Source: Anaerolineales bacterium (lineage in GTDB: Bacteria; Chloroflexota; Anaerolineae; Anaerolineales; UBA11579). From it: 64,000 nucleotides of DNA. This document shows positions 44,845 through 52,789 of this stretch, piece after piece. The DNA lies in assembly GCA_040882365.1 (NCBI GenBank), contig JBBEBI010000041.1:16126-80125 (forward strand), read 5' to 3'. Below the pieces are notes generated by a model. The model worked only from the letters and a program-made list of their open reading frames with translations, was not told where the DNA came from and did no database searches. The position numbers were made by a program, and so were the translations under genes. The first letter of the stretch is position 1; every line of letters begins with the position of its first letter.

Positions 44845-46730
44845 CAGCCGTTTACCTCTTTGACCGGTTGCGGGGTTGGGGATTGGCCATCGCTATCTAT
44901 TTGAAATTGCAATTCGCACAGCCGCTTGTACAGTTCGTTGCGAGTAAACAGCTCGTCGTGCCTACCCAGGTCAAGTACCACCCCGCCTTGCATCACAATG
45001 ATCTTGTCGGCGTGGATGACGGTGGAAAGCCGATGGGCCACCACTACCGAGGTTCTCCCTTGAATTACGCGGTCGATTGCTGCCTGCACCAAGCGCTCTG
45101 ACTCGGTGTCCAGTGAACTGGTAGCCTCATCCAGGATTAGGATCTCGGGCTGATGCACGATAGCCCGAGCGATGGCGATGCGTTGGCGTTGCCCGCCAGA
45201 GAGACGGATACCGCGATCCCCAACTAAGGTCTCATAGCCCAAGGGAGTTGCTTCAATGAACTCCGCTGCGTTGGCCACTTCGGCGGCTGCCTTGATCTGC
45301 TCACGAGAAATGCCTTCACGCCCGTAGGCGATATTGTTGGCAATCGTTTCGTTGAACAGCAGGTTCTCTTGGGCCACCACACCAAACAAGCCGCGGTAAG
45401 CATCAACCCTCAGATCGCGCAGATCTTGCCCATCGATGCTGATCGCGCCGGCGGTAGGGTCATAGAACCGCAACAGCAAATCAGTGAAGGTCGATTTCCC
45501 CGCCCCGCTCGGGCCCACGAGAGCTACTGTCTGGCCCTGTTGAATTTCAACGTTTACTCCGCTTAATACGGTCTCATCTCCATACGAGAAAGCAACATCC
45601 TTAAAGTGAATACTGTTCTTAAACTCAGCGATGTCTTTTGCGCCGTTCTTTACCGTCGGCCGCACGTGCAGGATTTCGTAAACTCGCCCAGCCGAGGCAG
45701 CCATTTCTTGGTAATTCACATAGATCTGACCTATCTGGCTGATCGGGTGGATCATGGCCCTCCCCACGTATAAGAACAAGAAAAAGCCGACGATAGTCAA
45801 ATCGCCATTCAATAACTCCCGTGTTGAGAGCAACAGAATAGAAATATTGCCTATTGCATTGACTGTGAGAACGGCCGGTTCCTGCCAGTGTTTGGACAAA
45901 GCTCGTCTTATATGGATGGGGATCATTCCCTGAAATCGTCGGCTAAGGCGATTTTGTTCGTAACGTTCCGCTGCGAACGACTTGACCACGCGGATATTTT
46001 GAAATATCTCCGTCAAATAGGCATGCACAGCCGCAATCAGATCAAATTCTGCCGTCACGTATTTTCTAACCTGTGTACGCAGCACCCGGGCAATGCCCCA
46101 CTGGATCGCAGCGATCAGGGAAACCAATATCATAAGCTGCAGATTGGTACGCACTAGCATTACGCCATAGATCAGCGCCATCACCGGAGCTACTGTGGCT
46201 GACTTCAGGATGCCGGCTAGGCTGTTCACACTGGCCGCTGCATCCTGCTCCAGGCGGGACACCAAGCTGCCTGCCCGCTGATGATTGAAAAAATCCATGG
46301 AGAGGGAAAGCAGATGCTTAAACACATGCTCTTGCAGCGCGCGCAACGTATTCACTCTGGCCAGTGTGAATACATAGAAAGCAATAGTTTCCAGAGCCGT
46401 CCCCACAATAACCAGGGACAAGAAAATCCCGGAAAGCATTAGAACGATATCCCAAGGCTGAAGGGAGCCCAACCCAAGCACACTACTGATTAACTGATCC
46501 GCATTATTAAGATCCACGTTAGATATCGATACAGAAGCGCCCGTCCCGCCAGAGGAAATCCCCGCCTGGCCAAGGGCCACTTGCATCATCGGGGCCATGA
46601 TCAGCGGCTGCGCTGCTGCGACCCCGGCCGCCCCGAGCCACAGAATGACAAGGATTACCAGGTACGTCTTGTACTGGAACAGAAAAGCAAGAATAAGCCG
46701 GGTGGGCGAGCTAAAATCTTGTGTTTTCAT
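44844..46730 (-). CDS. Fused TMD-NBD ABC exporter, MsbA/PglK-like (candidate lipid-linked glycan flippase)
   Basis: N-terminal six-span TMD. NBD with Walker A GPSGAGKST, signature LSGGQRQRIAIARA, Walker B ILILDEATSSLD. Confidence 0.8.
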   Translation of the reverse strand: MKTQDFSSPTRLILAFLFQYKTYLVILVILWLGAAGVAAAQPLIMAPMMQVALGQAGISSGGTGASVSISNVDLNNADQLISSVLGLGSLQPWDIVLMLSGIFLSLVIVGTALETIAFYVFTLARVNTLRALQEHVFKHLLSLSMDFFNHQRAGSLVSRLEQDAAASVNSLAGILKSATVAPVMALIYGVMLVRTNLQLMILVSLIAAIQWGIARVLRTQVRKYVTAEFDLIAAVHAYLTEIFQNIRVVKSFAAERYEQNRLSRRFQGMIPIHIRRALSKHWQEPAVLTVNAIGNISILLLSTRELLNGDLTIVGFFLFLYVGRAMIHPISQIGQIYVNYQEMAASAGRVYEILHVRPTVKNGAKDIAEFKNSIHFKDVAFSYGDETVLSGVNVEIQQGQTVALVGPSGAGKSTFTDLLLRFYDPTAGAISIDGQDLRDLRVDAYRGLFGVVAQENLLFNETIANNIAYGREGISREQIKAAAEVANAAEFIEATPLGYETLVGDRGIRLSGGQRQRIAIARAIVHQPEILILDEATSSLDTESERLVQAAIDRVIQGRTSVVVAHRLSTVIHADKIIVMQGGVVLDLGRHDELFTRNELYKRLCELQFQIDSDGQSPTPQPVKEVNG

Positions 46731-46736
46731 CAGAGG

Positions 46737-47447
46737 CTAAGTCCTCACCGGCTGTGCCGCACGGGCGCCAAGGATCTCCTCGGCCCGCTGCCAATCAACC
46801 ATCGTATCCAAGCTCAGCGCCTCTCCGCGAGAGATGATCAGTGGAAGACACTTTTCGCCATATAGGCTCCCCCTTTCCATCAATACATCCCGCCGGCAGG
46901 CATACACGGTGCCTTCACGCGCGTAAGCAGATACCACCTGCTGTCGCCGCGTGATCGCCTTCCCGCCGTCCGTCAAAAAAACGAGAAATCCGTCCTGGAC
47001 CTTCATCGCTTTTTGGGGCGAATACAGATCCGGTATTTCAACCACGCTAACCACCGAATCGCACCCCTTGCTCTCCAGTAATTCCACGGCTTTCCGAACG
47101 CGCCCCCCGCGCCGCAGCGGTGAGGTCGGCTGAAGGAGCACAATAATATCCGCCCGCCATCCTTGGCGTTCCAGCTCTCCCACCGCATGCTGCGCAACGG
47201 CCAGCATCGGGCTGTCATCCGCAGCCAGCTCCGCCGGCCGCAAGAAGGGGATCTCCAATCCCAGTTTGCGTCCCAATTCGGCGATCTCTTGGGAGTCAGT
47301 GCTTAGTACCAATCGATCGATTACTCCAGAAGCATTCGCGGCTTCGAGGGTATACGCGAGCAATGGCTTGCCAGCCAACTCGCGCAGATTCTTATTGGGG
47401 ATGCCCTTGGAGCCGCCCCGCGCCGGAATGATCCCCAGCACGCTCAT
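46737..47447 (-). CDS. neuA: N-acylneuraminate cytidylyltransferase (CMP-sialic acid synthetase)
   Basis: LGIIPARGGSKGIPNKNLRELAGKPLLAYT...LSTDS...FLRPAELAADDSPM...LLQPTSPLR. Confidence 0.85.
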   Translation of the reverse strand: MSVLGIIPARGGSKGIPNKNLRELAGKPLLAYTLEAANASGVIDRLVLSTDSQEIAELGRKLGLEIPFLRPAELAADDSPMLAVAQHAVGELERQGWRADIIVLLQPTSPLRRGGRVRKAVELLESKGCDSVVSVVEIPDLYSPQKAMKVQDGFLVFLTDGGKAITRRQQVVSAYAREGTVYACRRDVLMERGSLYGEKCLPLIISRGEALSLDTMVDWQRAEEILGARAAQPVRT

Positions 47448-48376
47448 AGGGCCATGCCTCGCGGCGCGTTTTGCACAGTGCGGATTTCGCGCAACAAAAG
47501 CTCAACGCTTTCGGGCGACGGCAGATGGCCGGAGTCGGGTGCGATCGAGGCGCACACATAACTGATATGCAGCCGGTCGGCCGCATATCCCTTGCGCAGC
47601 ACGGTGAACCCCTTTTGACGCAGGAATGCTTCTGTGGTCTCTTGCGTCAAATAGTAAGGATGGTCGATCTTGATCACCTCGTTGATGTTCCAGTGGCGCA
47701 GGTAAGCAGCCCTGAGATCGACGATATCAAAGAAGAAGATCCCGCCTTCTGTTAAACATTCCCTCACTTTTGTCAGGGTGACGGAAATGTCTAATAGATG
47801 GTCGATCGTTTGGCACAACAGCAGCAGATCGAATTTCTCAGATCCAAAATCAGTCCCTTCAAAGAGCCCGTGAATGGTGGAGAGCCCACGCGCTTTTGCC
47901 TCACGCAGTTCCTCGGCCGAGGGATCCAGCACAACTCCGGCGTAGCCGAAGCGCTGGGAGAAATGCTGCGCTACCACCCCCGTCGAACCACCGATATCCA
48001 ACAGTCGGCCCCCGGGCCGTCGTCCTAAAAAGGGCGCAGCGAACTCAGCGCGTTCCCTGGCATACTCGCCCTGCTCGCCTTGAATGCTCTTGGCATCGAT
48101 GACCCGCCCGTGATAGGCGCTAACCAGCGGCCGATAGACCCGAGCGTAGAAGTCGCTATAGGCAGTGCCGGTTAGCCGCGGGTTCAGGAATACCAGCCCG
48201 CAGCGGCCACAGGCATAGGCGTTGGCAGTGAACCCGTAGCGGTCGCGGTCACATAACTGCACAAAGTAATTGCCCACACACAGATTGCACAGCTCTACCC
48301 ATTCTTTGGGTTGGTCGGCATAACGGTAGGCCAGTGCCTGGATTCGGTCAGTACGATCGGCTTGAATGGTGACCAT
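47444..48376 (-). CDS. Class I SAM-dependent methyltransferase with N-terminal zinc ribbon
   Basis: CNLCVGNYF...CGRCGLVFLNPR, motif I RLLDIGGSTGVVA, then FDLLLLCQTIDHL. ATGA overlap with neuA. Paralogue of 17510..18439. Confidence 0.8.
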   Translation of the reverse strand: MVTIQADRTDRIQALAYRYADQPKEWVELCNLCVGNYFVQLCDRDRYGFTANAYACGRCGLVFLNPRLTGTAYSDFYARVYRPLVSAYHGRVIDAKSIQGEQGEYARERAEFAAPFLGRRPGGRLLDIGGSTGVVAQHFSQRFGYAGVVLDPSAEELREAKARGLSTIHGLFEGTDFGSEKFDLLLLCQTIDHLLDISVTLTKVRECLTEGGIFFFDIVDLRAAYLRHWNINEVIKIDHPYYLTQETTEAFLRQKGFTVLRKGYAADRLHISYVCASIAPDSGHLPSPESVELLLREIRTVQNAPRGMAL

Positions 48377-48378
48377 AT

Positions 48379-49533
48379 CTAATACGCAATCTGTTTGGCG
48401 ATGCTGAGCTCAACCTTCGCCAACAAATCGGCGATGCGCTTGCCGGCGCCGCCATCACCGTAAATCGATTCGGACGGGTAGCGGCCATTCGCCAAGTGTC
48501 GTTTGAGTGCGCCTTCGATTTTCGCCGCATCATAAGGTACATCCGCCACATTCTTACCGCGCTCGCGGCCCGCTTGCCGGCCGCCAATGTTCACCGCGGG
48601 CACTCCCAGGAAGGAACATTCGCGAATGCCAACGCTGGAGTTCCCCACGATGGCTTTGCTGTTGTAGATCAGGCGCAGGAAGTCTTCCGGCTCCATGTTC
48701 TTAAAGTAATGGAACTTAGCCCCCCGCCCCTTCTCGCGGAAGATGCGAATGCCGCGCGAGATGCCATCGGAACCCGCATCCACATTGGGCCAGAACCACA
48801 AAGCGGGCAGGTCAAAAGCTTCTACGGCTTCCAACGTTTCCGTGATCTGAGCGCGCGATCCGGCAATCTGCGTCGTGACCGGATGCTGCATCACCACCAC
48901 ATAGCCATCCGAGAGCTCGCTGATGGCTCCCACGCCGCCGTATTTCACGAACGGATCGAAGTCCAATTCAGGTTGCTTTAGCACCTCGGCTGCCAAGTCA
49001 ATCGACGGACATCCGGTGACGAAAACAGATTGGGGAGCCTCGCCCATACGGATCAGCCGCTCAGCCGCGCCTTTGGTGGCTGCGAAATGCAGATTGGCCA
49101 GCTTGCTTACCGCGTGGCGCACCTTCTCGTCAATGGAGCCGGTCACTTCGCCGCCCTGCACGTGGGCCAGCGGAATATTCATGTAGGATGCTGCCACCGC
49201 CGTGGCCAGGGTTTCGTAGCGATCCGCTACGGTGACCACCACATCAGGCTGCAGGTTATCGAAGATCGTAGCCAATTCCATGATGCCGAGGCCCGTGGAT
49301 TTGGCGGAAGTGATTAGATTCTCGCCTTCCAGCACAATGAAAACCCGCGCCGCAATCTTGAAACCATCCTGCTCGATGTATTCCACGATGCTGCCATAGC
49401 GATCCAACAGCGCCGAGGCGGCCACAATGAGTTGGAGTTCCAGATCGCCGTGCTGTTGCATGGCGCGCAGCGCCGTTTTGATCCGCGCGTAGCTAGGCCG
49501 TGCCGTCACTACCAGTCCGACTTTGCGCGTCAT
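48379..49533 (-). CDS. neuC: UDP-N-acetylglucosamine 2-epimerase (hydrolysing)
   Basis: VVTARPSYARIK...VVTVADRYETLATAVAASYMNIPLAHVQGGEVTGSIDEKVRHAVSKLANLHF is the GGE-x-TG-x-ID...RHA motif of NeuC-type epimerases. Confidence 0.85.
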   Translation of the reverse strand: MTRKVGLVVTARPSYARIKTALRAMQQHGDLELQLIVAASALLDRYGSIVEYIEQDGFKIAARVFIVLEGENLITSAKSTGLGIMELATIFDNLQPDVVVTVADRYETLATAVAASYMNIPLAHVQGGEVTGSIDEKVRHAVSKLANLHFAATKGAAERLIRMGEAPQSVFVTGCPSIDLAAEVLKQPELDFDPFVKYGGVGAISELSDGYVVVMQHPVTTQIAGSRAQITETLEAVEAFDLPALWFWPNVDAGSDGISRGIRIFREKGRGAKFHYFKNMEPEDFLRLIYNSKAIVGNSSVGIRECSFLGVPAVNIGGRQAGRERGKNVADVPYDAAKIEGALKRHLANGRYPSESIYGDGGAGKRIADLLAKVELSIAKQIAY

Positions 49534-50579
49534 CAGGCCAGATCCTCTTCGGCTAGTAACTGGTCGCGCTTTAGGTTACGCGCCAACTTGCGGCCGATCA
49601 GCTCACCCAAACGTTCAGTGGCAATGCCGGTCCCGGGCTTTTTAGTCGTCAAATCCTCTTTGGCAAGCACGGTTCCCGCCGGCAGATCGCGCCTGGCGAC
49701 TACGCTATGGAAGAACAAGAGCCGCAATTCATTTCTTTCTGCCGCGGCCTTATCTTTATCTACAGGAGATTCTAAAGCGGTTTCGATGAACCGTACGCCC
49801 TCAACCAATTGTCCCAATTCAGTTGGCGTGAGCGAGGCGGGCACATCCGGGCCGAACATGTCTCGGCTCAAGGTCACGTGCACCTCTATTATGTTGGCTC
49901 CCAAGCTGGCTGCGGCCAAGCCGGCGTAAATCTTCCCGGAGTGATCTGAAAGCCCCACCGGAACGTCATAACGCTCCCGCATCTCATGCATAACATTCAA
50001 CCCAAGTTCCTCTGGGGGGCACGGGTAGGCAGTAGTGCACTGAAAAATAGCTAGTGGCGCCTTCGGTTTAATTGCGGCAACCGCCTTATCCAATTCCTCC
50101 CAGGAACTCATCCCCGCCGATAACAACACCGGCCTTCTCGTGGCAAGTATCTTTTCCAACAAAGGGAGGTTGGTTACTTCGCCGGAGGCCACTTTCCACG
50201 CGGGGACCCCCACGCGCTCCAGCAGCTCCACCGCTTCGATCGAGAAAGGCGAGCTGAGGAAGAGCAGCTTGCCCTCATCGGCGTGTTGCGCCAGGCCGCG
50301 CCATTGCTCTTCGCTGAATTCCATACGCCTCCAATATTCCAAGCGCGTGCCATCTTGTTTGCTAAAGGATACGCGGAATTTTTCCTCCAGCGTGCTCTCG
50401 GCTTCGGCTATGTGCGTCTGGAATTTCACCGCGTCTGCTCCGGCCGCGGCGATGGCGTCGATGAAGGCATGTGCCATTCCCAAGCTGCCCTCGTGGGCCT
50501 GCGCCACCTCGCCGATGATCAGGGCTGGGTGACCCGACCCGATCCTGCGGTTGCCAATCGCGATCTCAGTTTGCGTCAC
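49533..50579 (-). CDS. neuB: N-acetylneuraminate (sialic acid) synthase, canonical
   Basis: LIIGEVAQAHEGSLGMAHAFIDAIAAAGADAVKFQTH...KVASGEVTNLPLLEKI...PVLLSAGMSS...GLSDHSG. C-terminal SAF domain (...LPAGTVLAKEDL...KKPGTGI). Confidence 0.9.
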   Translation of the reverse strand: MTQTEIAIGNRRIGSGHPALIIGEVAQAHEGSLGMAHAFIDAIAAAGADAVKFQTHIAEAESTLEEKFRVSFSKQDGTRLEYWRRMEFSEEQWRGLAQHADEGKLLFLSSPFSIEAVELLERVGVPAWKVASGEVTNLPLLEKILATRRPVLLSAGMSSWEELDKAVAAIKPKAPLAIFQCTTAYPCPPEELGLNVMHEMRERYDVPVGLSDHSGKIYAGLAAASLGANIIEVHVTLSRDMFGPDVPASLTPTELGQLVEGVRFIETALESPVDKDKAAAERNELRLLFFHSVVARRDLPAGTVLAKEDLTTKKPGTGIATERLGELIGRKLARNLKRDQLLAEEDLA

Positions 50580-51250
50580 GCTTTGGACTCTTTCACAAAG
50601 TAAGCCGTGGGACTCTTTGCCCAGGGGAAGGCGAGTAGCCTGACTTGCCTGCCCGTGAGGAATTCGTCAACTGCATCGGTTTCTCCGGCGCCGGCAACCG
50701 CATATTCATCCAATGCCACCACCCCGCCAGCGACCACGCAAGGGTACAGATGGGTCAAAGCTGTCATGGTGGGCTCGTATAAGACGAAATCCAGGTTGAG
50801 CAAGGCGGCTCGAAAACCTGGATTTTCTTTGATGTACTTCGGCATGCTTTCTTCAGCCTTGCCATGCACCAATTCAATGCGATGACTCAAGCCCTGTTGC
50901 TCGGCTATGCCTTGGATGGTTGCCATGGCCACATCGCTCCCGTCCTTGATCTGAACCTGCTTAAAATCCCTGGCTGTCTTACGGTCATGACCCTTGGCCC
51001 CGTCTTGAGGATATCCCTCAAATGTATCGAAGCCGATTACCTTGCGGCGCGACTGGGGATTAAAGATCTCGATCAGCTTGGCCCACAGTAGCAAACCGGC
51101 GCCCTTCAACACGCCGCCCTCGACAATATCGCCGGGCTTATCCGCGATAAGCTTGAACAATTCATAGCGAGCCAGCAGCTTTGTGAATCGATCCAGGTCT
51201 CCCCACAGGGAAAACTGGTTATACAGGTCCCAGCGCGCTTGTTCTTCCAT
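50576..51250 (-). CDS. TylF/macrocin-type SAM-dependent O-methyltransferase
   Basis: GDIVEGGVLKGAGLLLWAKL...VIGFDTFEGYP...LLNLDFVLYEPTMTALTHLYPCVVAGGVVALDEY follows the PF05711 motif order. ATGA overlap with neuB. Confidence 0.7.
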   Translation of the reverse strand: MEEQARWDLYNQFSLWGDLDRFTKLLARYELFKLIADKPGDIVEGGVLKGAGLLLWAKLIEIFNPQSRRKVIGFDTFEGYPQDGAKGHDRKTARDFKQVQIKDGSDVAMATIQGIAEQQGLSHRIELVHGKAEESMPKYIKENPGFRAALLNLDFVLYEPTMTALTHLYPCVVAGGVVALDEYAVAGAGETDAVDEFLTGRQVRLLAFPWAKSPTAYFVKESKA

Positions 51251-51253
51251 GGC

Positions 51254-51712
51254 CTAAGGGTTATTTTCCTTCAATTCGTAGCCGCGGCCATTGCGTTTGA
51301 CCGTCCACTTGCCCGGTTTGTCCTCTACTCGAATCCCCTCCTCAATACAGGTAAGGCGAAGGATGTCCATCACCTCATCGCCTCCCTCCAGGTAAACCTG
51401 CCGAACCCCGCTATGTTGCATCAGAATAGCCATATCCTTAGCCTGCTGCCGCAGGTCGCGGTACACCTGCAAGGAATCCCGCAGGTATTGCAGCGCATTC
51501 CGCGTGAAGGCTGACATTCCTTCCGGGGTTAGGTTGTAACGCAACCGGGTGCGGTCCATTCGCGTCGCCTTCAAATAGCCGCGGTTGATCAAGCGTTTGA
51601 TATACCAGTTCACGCTACCCACGGCGATATCCAAATGTGTAGCTAACCCCGCTTGAGTGACGCTTTCATCTGCAGAAATAGCCTCCAAAAGGCGGTATTC
51701 ACGTTCCTTCAT
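51254..51712 (-). CDS. Winged-helix regulator, EPS-associated MarR-like, paralogue of 11311..11811
   Basis: LLEAISADESVTQAGLATHLDIAVGSVNWYIKRLINRGYLKATRMDRTRLRYNLTPEGMSAFTR, plus a shared C-terminal LTC(I/L)E(E/Q)G segment. About 40% identity to the other copy by eye. Confidence 0.6.
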   Translation of the reverse strand: MKEREYRLLEAISADESVTQAGLATHLDIAVGSVNWYIKRLINRGYLKATRMDRTRLRYNLTPEGMSAFTRNALQYLRDSLQVYRDLRQQAKDMAILMQHSGVRQVYLEGGDEVMDILRLTCIEEGIRVEDKPGKWTVKRNGRGYELKENNP

Positions 51713-51731
51713 ATCAGCATTCAGGAAATGA

Positions 51732-51760
51732 ATTCTGACACATTAAAAACGGAATGTCAA
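51732..51760 (-). promoter_or_regulatory. Putative sigma-70-type promoter for the regulator/neu sub-operon
   Basis: Minus strand: TTGACA (51760-51755), 17-nt spacer, CAGAAT (51737-51732). It lies 20 nt upstream of ATG 51712. Confidence 0.5.
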
Positions 51761-51795
51761 TGGACATCGTCCGGGCCTTCGAATATGGGGGAAAG

Positions 51796-52620
51796 CTATT
51801 TTTGGGCTTCCAGGAAGATCCCGACCTCGGGTTCACGAGATTCCAACAATTGCGTATCCCGCAACACCGGGCACCGGCTTTGGCCATACCCGGATCGATA
51901 CACCTGGGTAAAGCCATCTGTGCCTACCATGGCACTCAACTTGGCTGCATTAAACCAATTGATGTGATTCTCAGGATGGCGTCTCTGGCTCAGCAATGAA
52001 TATTTCGCCGTGCAGTAGTTCAAAGCGTCTTCAAGGCTGGGTTCTGCCAGAACCCTGCGCAGCTCCGCGTCTGATACCTTCTTGGCGGCCCCATCAGCGT
52101 GCAATTCGCTGGCGCTGCTGGCGAAACTCCACAGGAATTTCTGCTCGAATGACGCCTGGTTGATGTTGGCGAGGAAATCCTTGTTCGGAAAAGTGTTCAG
52201 ATCGTGTTTCGGTCGATAAAAAAAGGCCTCGTCTTTCAGCTCGTAGGCCGCGTAATAAATATCGATGTCGGGCACCACCAACCGCAAAAAGCCATCCTTG
52301 GCTAGGGCACGGTAAGCTTCAGCCAGGAAGTGCTGCACCATTTCATCAGTAATATGCTCTAGCGTGTACCGCGAGAAAATTACTTTCGCCTTTTTATCTT
52401 CAACCGGAAAGCGAGTCCCGGCCATTAACTCCCAGTGAATACCAATATTCTCACTGCCATAATGCTCGCTGGGGTGATTGACCCTCGTCCACGCGGGATG
52501 GCTGAATTGTGCTTCCGCACCCACATTGTAGAAACGCCTTTCGCGCAAGGCTTCCTCGCCAAACCAGCGCGATAGGCTTCTAGGTTTTTGCTCCCCAATT
52601 TGGCTATTGGAGGCGGGCAT
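51796..52620 (-). CDS. Methyltransferase-fold protein with degenerate SAM motif I (possibly frameshifted at its 5' end)
   Basis: SRYTLEHITDEMVQHFLAEAYRALAKDGFLRLVVPD is the Methyltransf_11-type motif II/III region. The expected motif I reads FYNVGAEAQFSHPAWTRVN (no GxG). See the finding on 51796..52721. Confidence 0.5.
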   Translation of the reverse strand: MPASNSQIGEQKPRSLSRWFGEEALRERRFYNVGAEAQFSHPAWTRVNHPSEHYGSENIGIHWELMAGTRFPVEDKKAKVIFSRYTLEHITDEMVQHFLAEAYRALAKDGFLRLVVPDIDIYYAAYELKDEAFFYRPKHDLNTFPNKDFLANINQASFEQKFLWSFASSASELHADGAAKKVSDAELRRVLAEPSLEDALNYCTAKYSLLSQRRHPENHINWFNAAKLSAMVGTDGFTQVYRSGYGQSRCPVLRDTQLLESREPEVGIFLEAQK

Positions 52621-52728
52621 GGCAAAGGAGCTGAAACCCTTGGCCTCCTAAGCGGGACAATGTCATAGCCAAATGGATTGAAGAAGGCTTTACGAATCAG
52701 ATCTTTGAACACCTTAATCATTAAGGGA

Positions 52729-52758
52729 AATATAACCTCAAAAACTTGACTCTGTCTA
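52729..52758 (-). promoter_or_regulatory. Putative divergent promoter (minus strand)
   Basis: Minus strand: TAGACA (52758-52753), 18-nt spacer, TATATT (52734-52729). The predicted start site falls at about 52722, next to ATG 52721 (leaderless geometry). Confidence 0.4.
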
Positions 52759-52774
52759 TTCCATCCCGTACAAT
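52746..52774 (+). promoter_or_regulatory. Sigma-70-type promoter of the riboswitch/btuFCD operon
   Basis: TTGACT (52746-52751), exactly 17 nt, TACAAT (52769-52774). It lies upstream of the cobalamin riboswitch. Confidence 0.65.
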
Positions 52775-52789
52775 ACGCCCTACAGCTTT

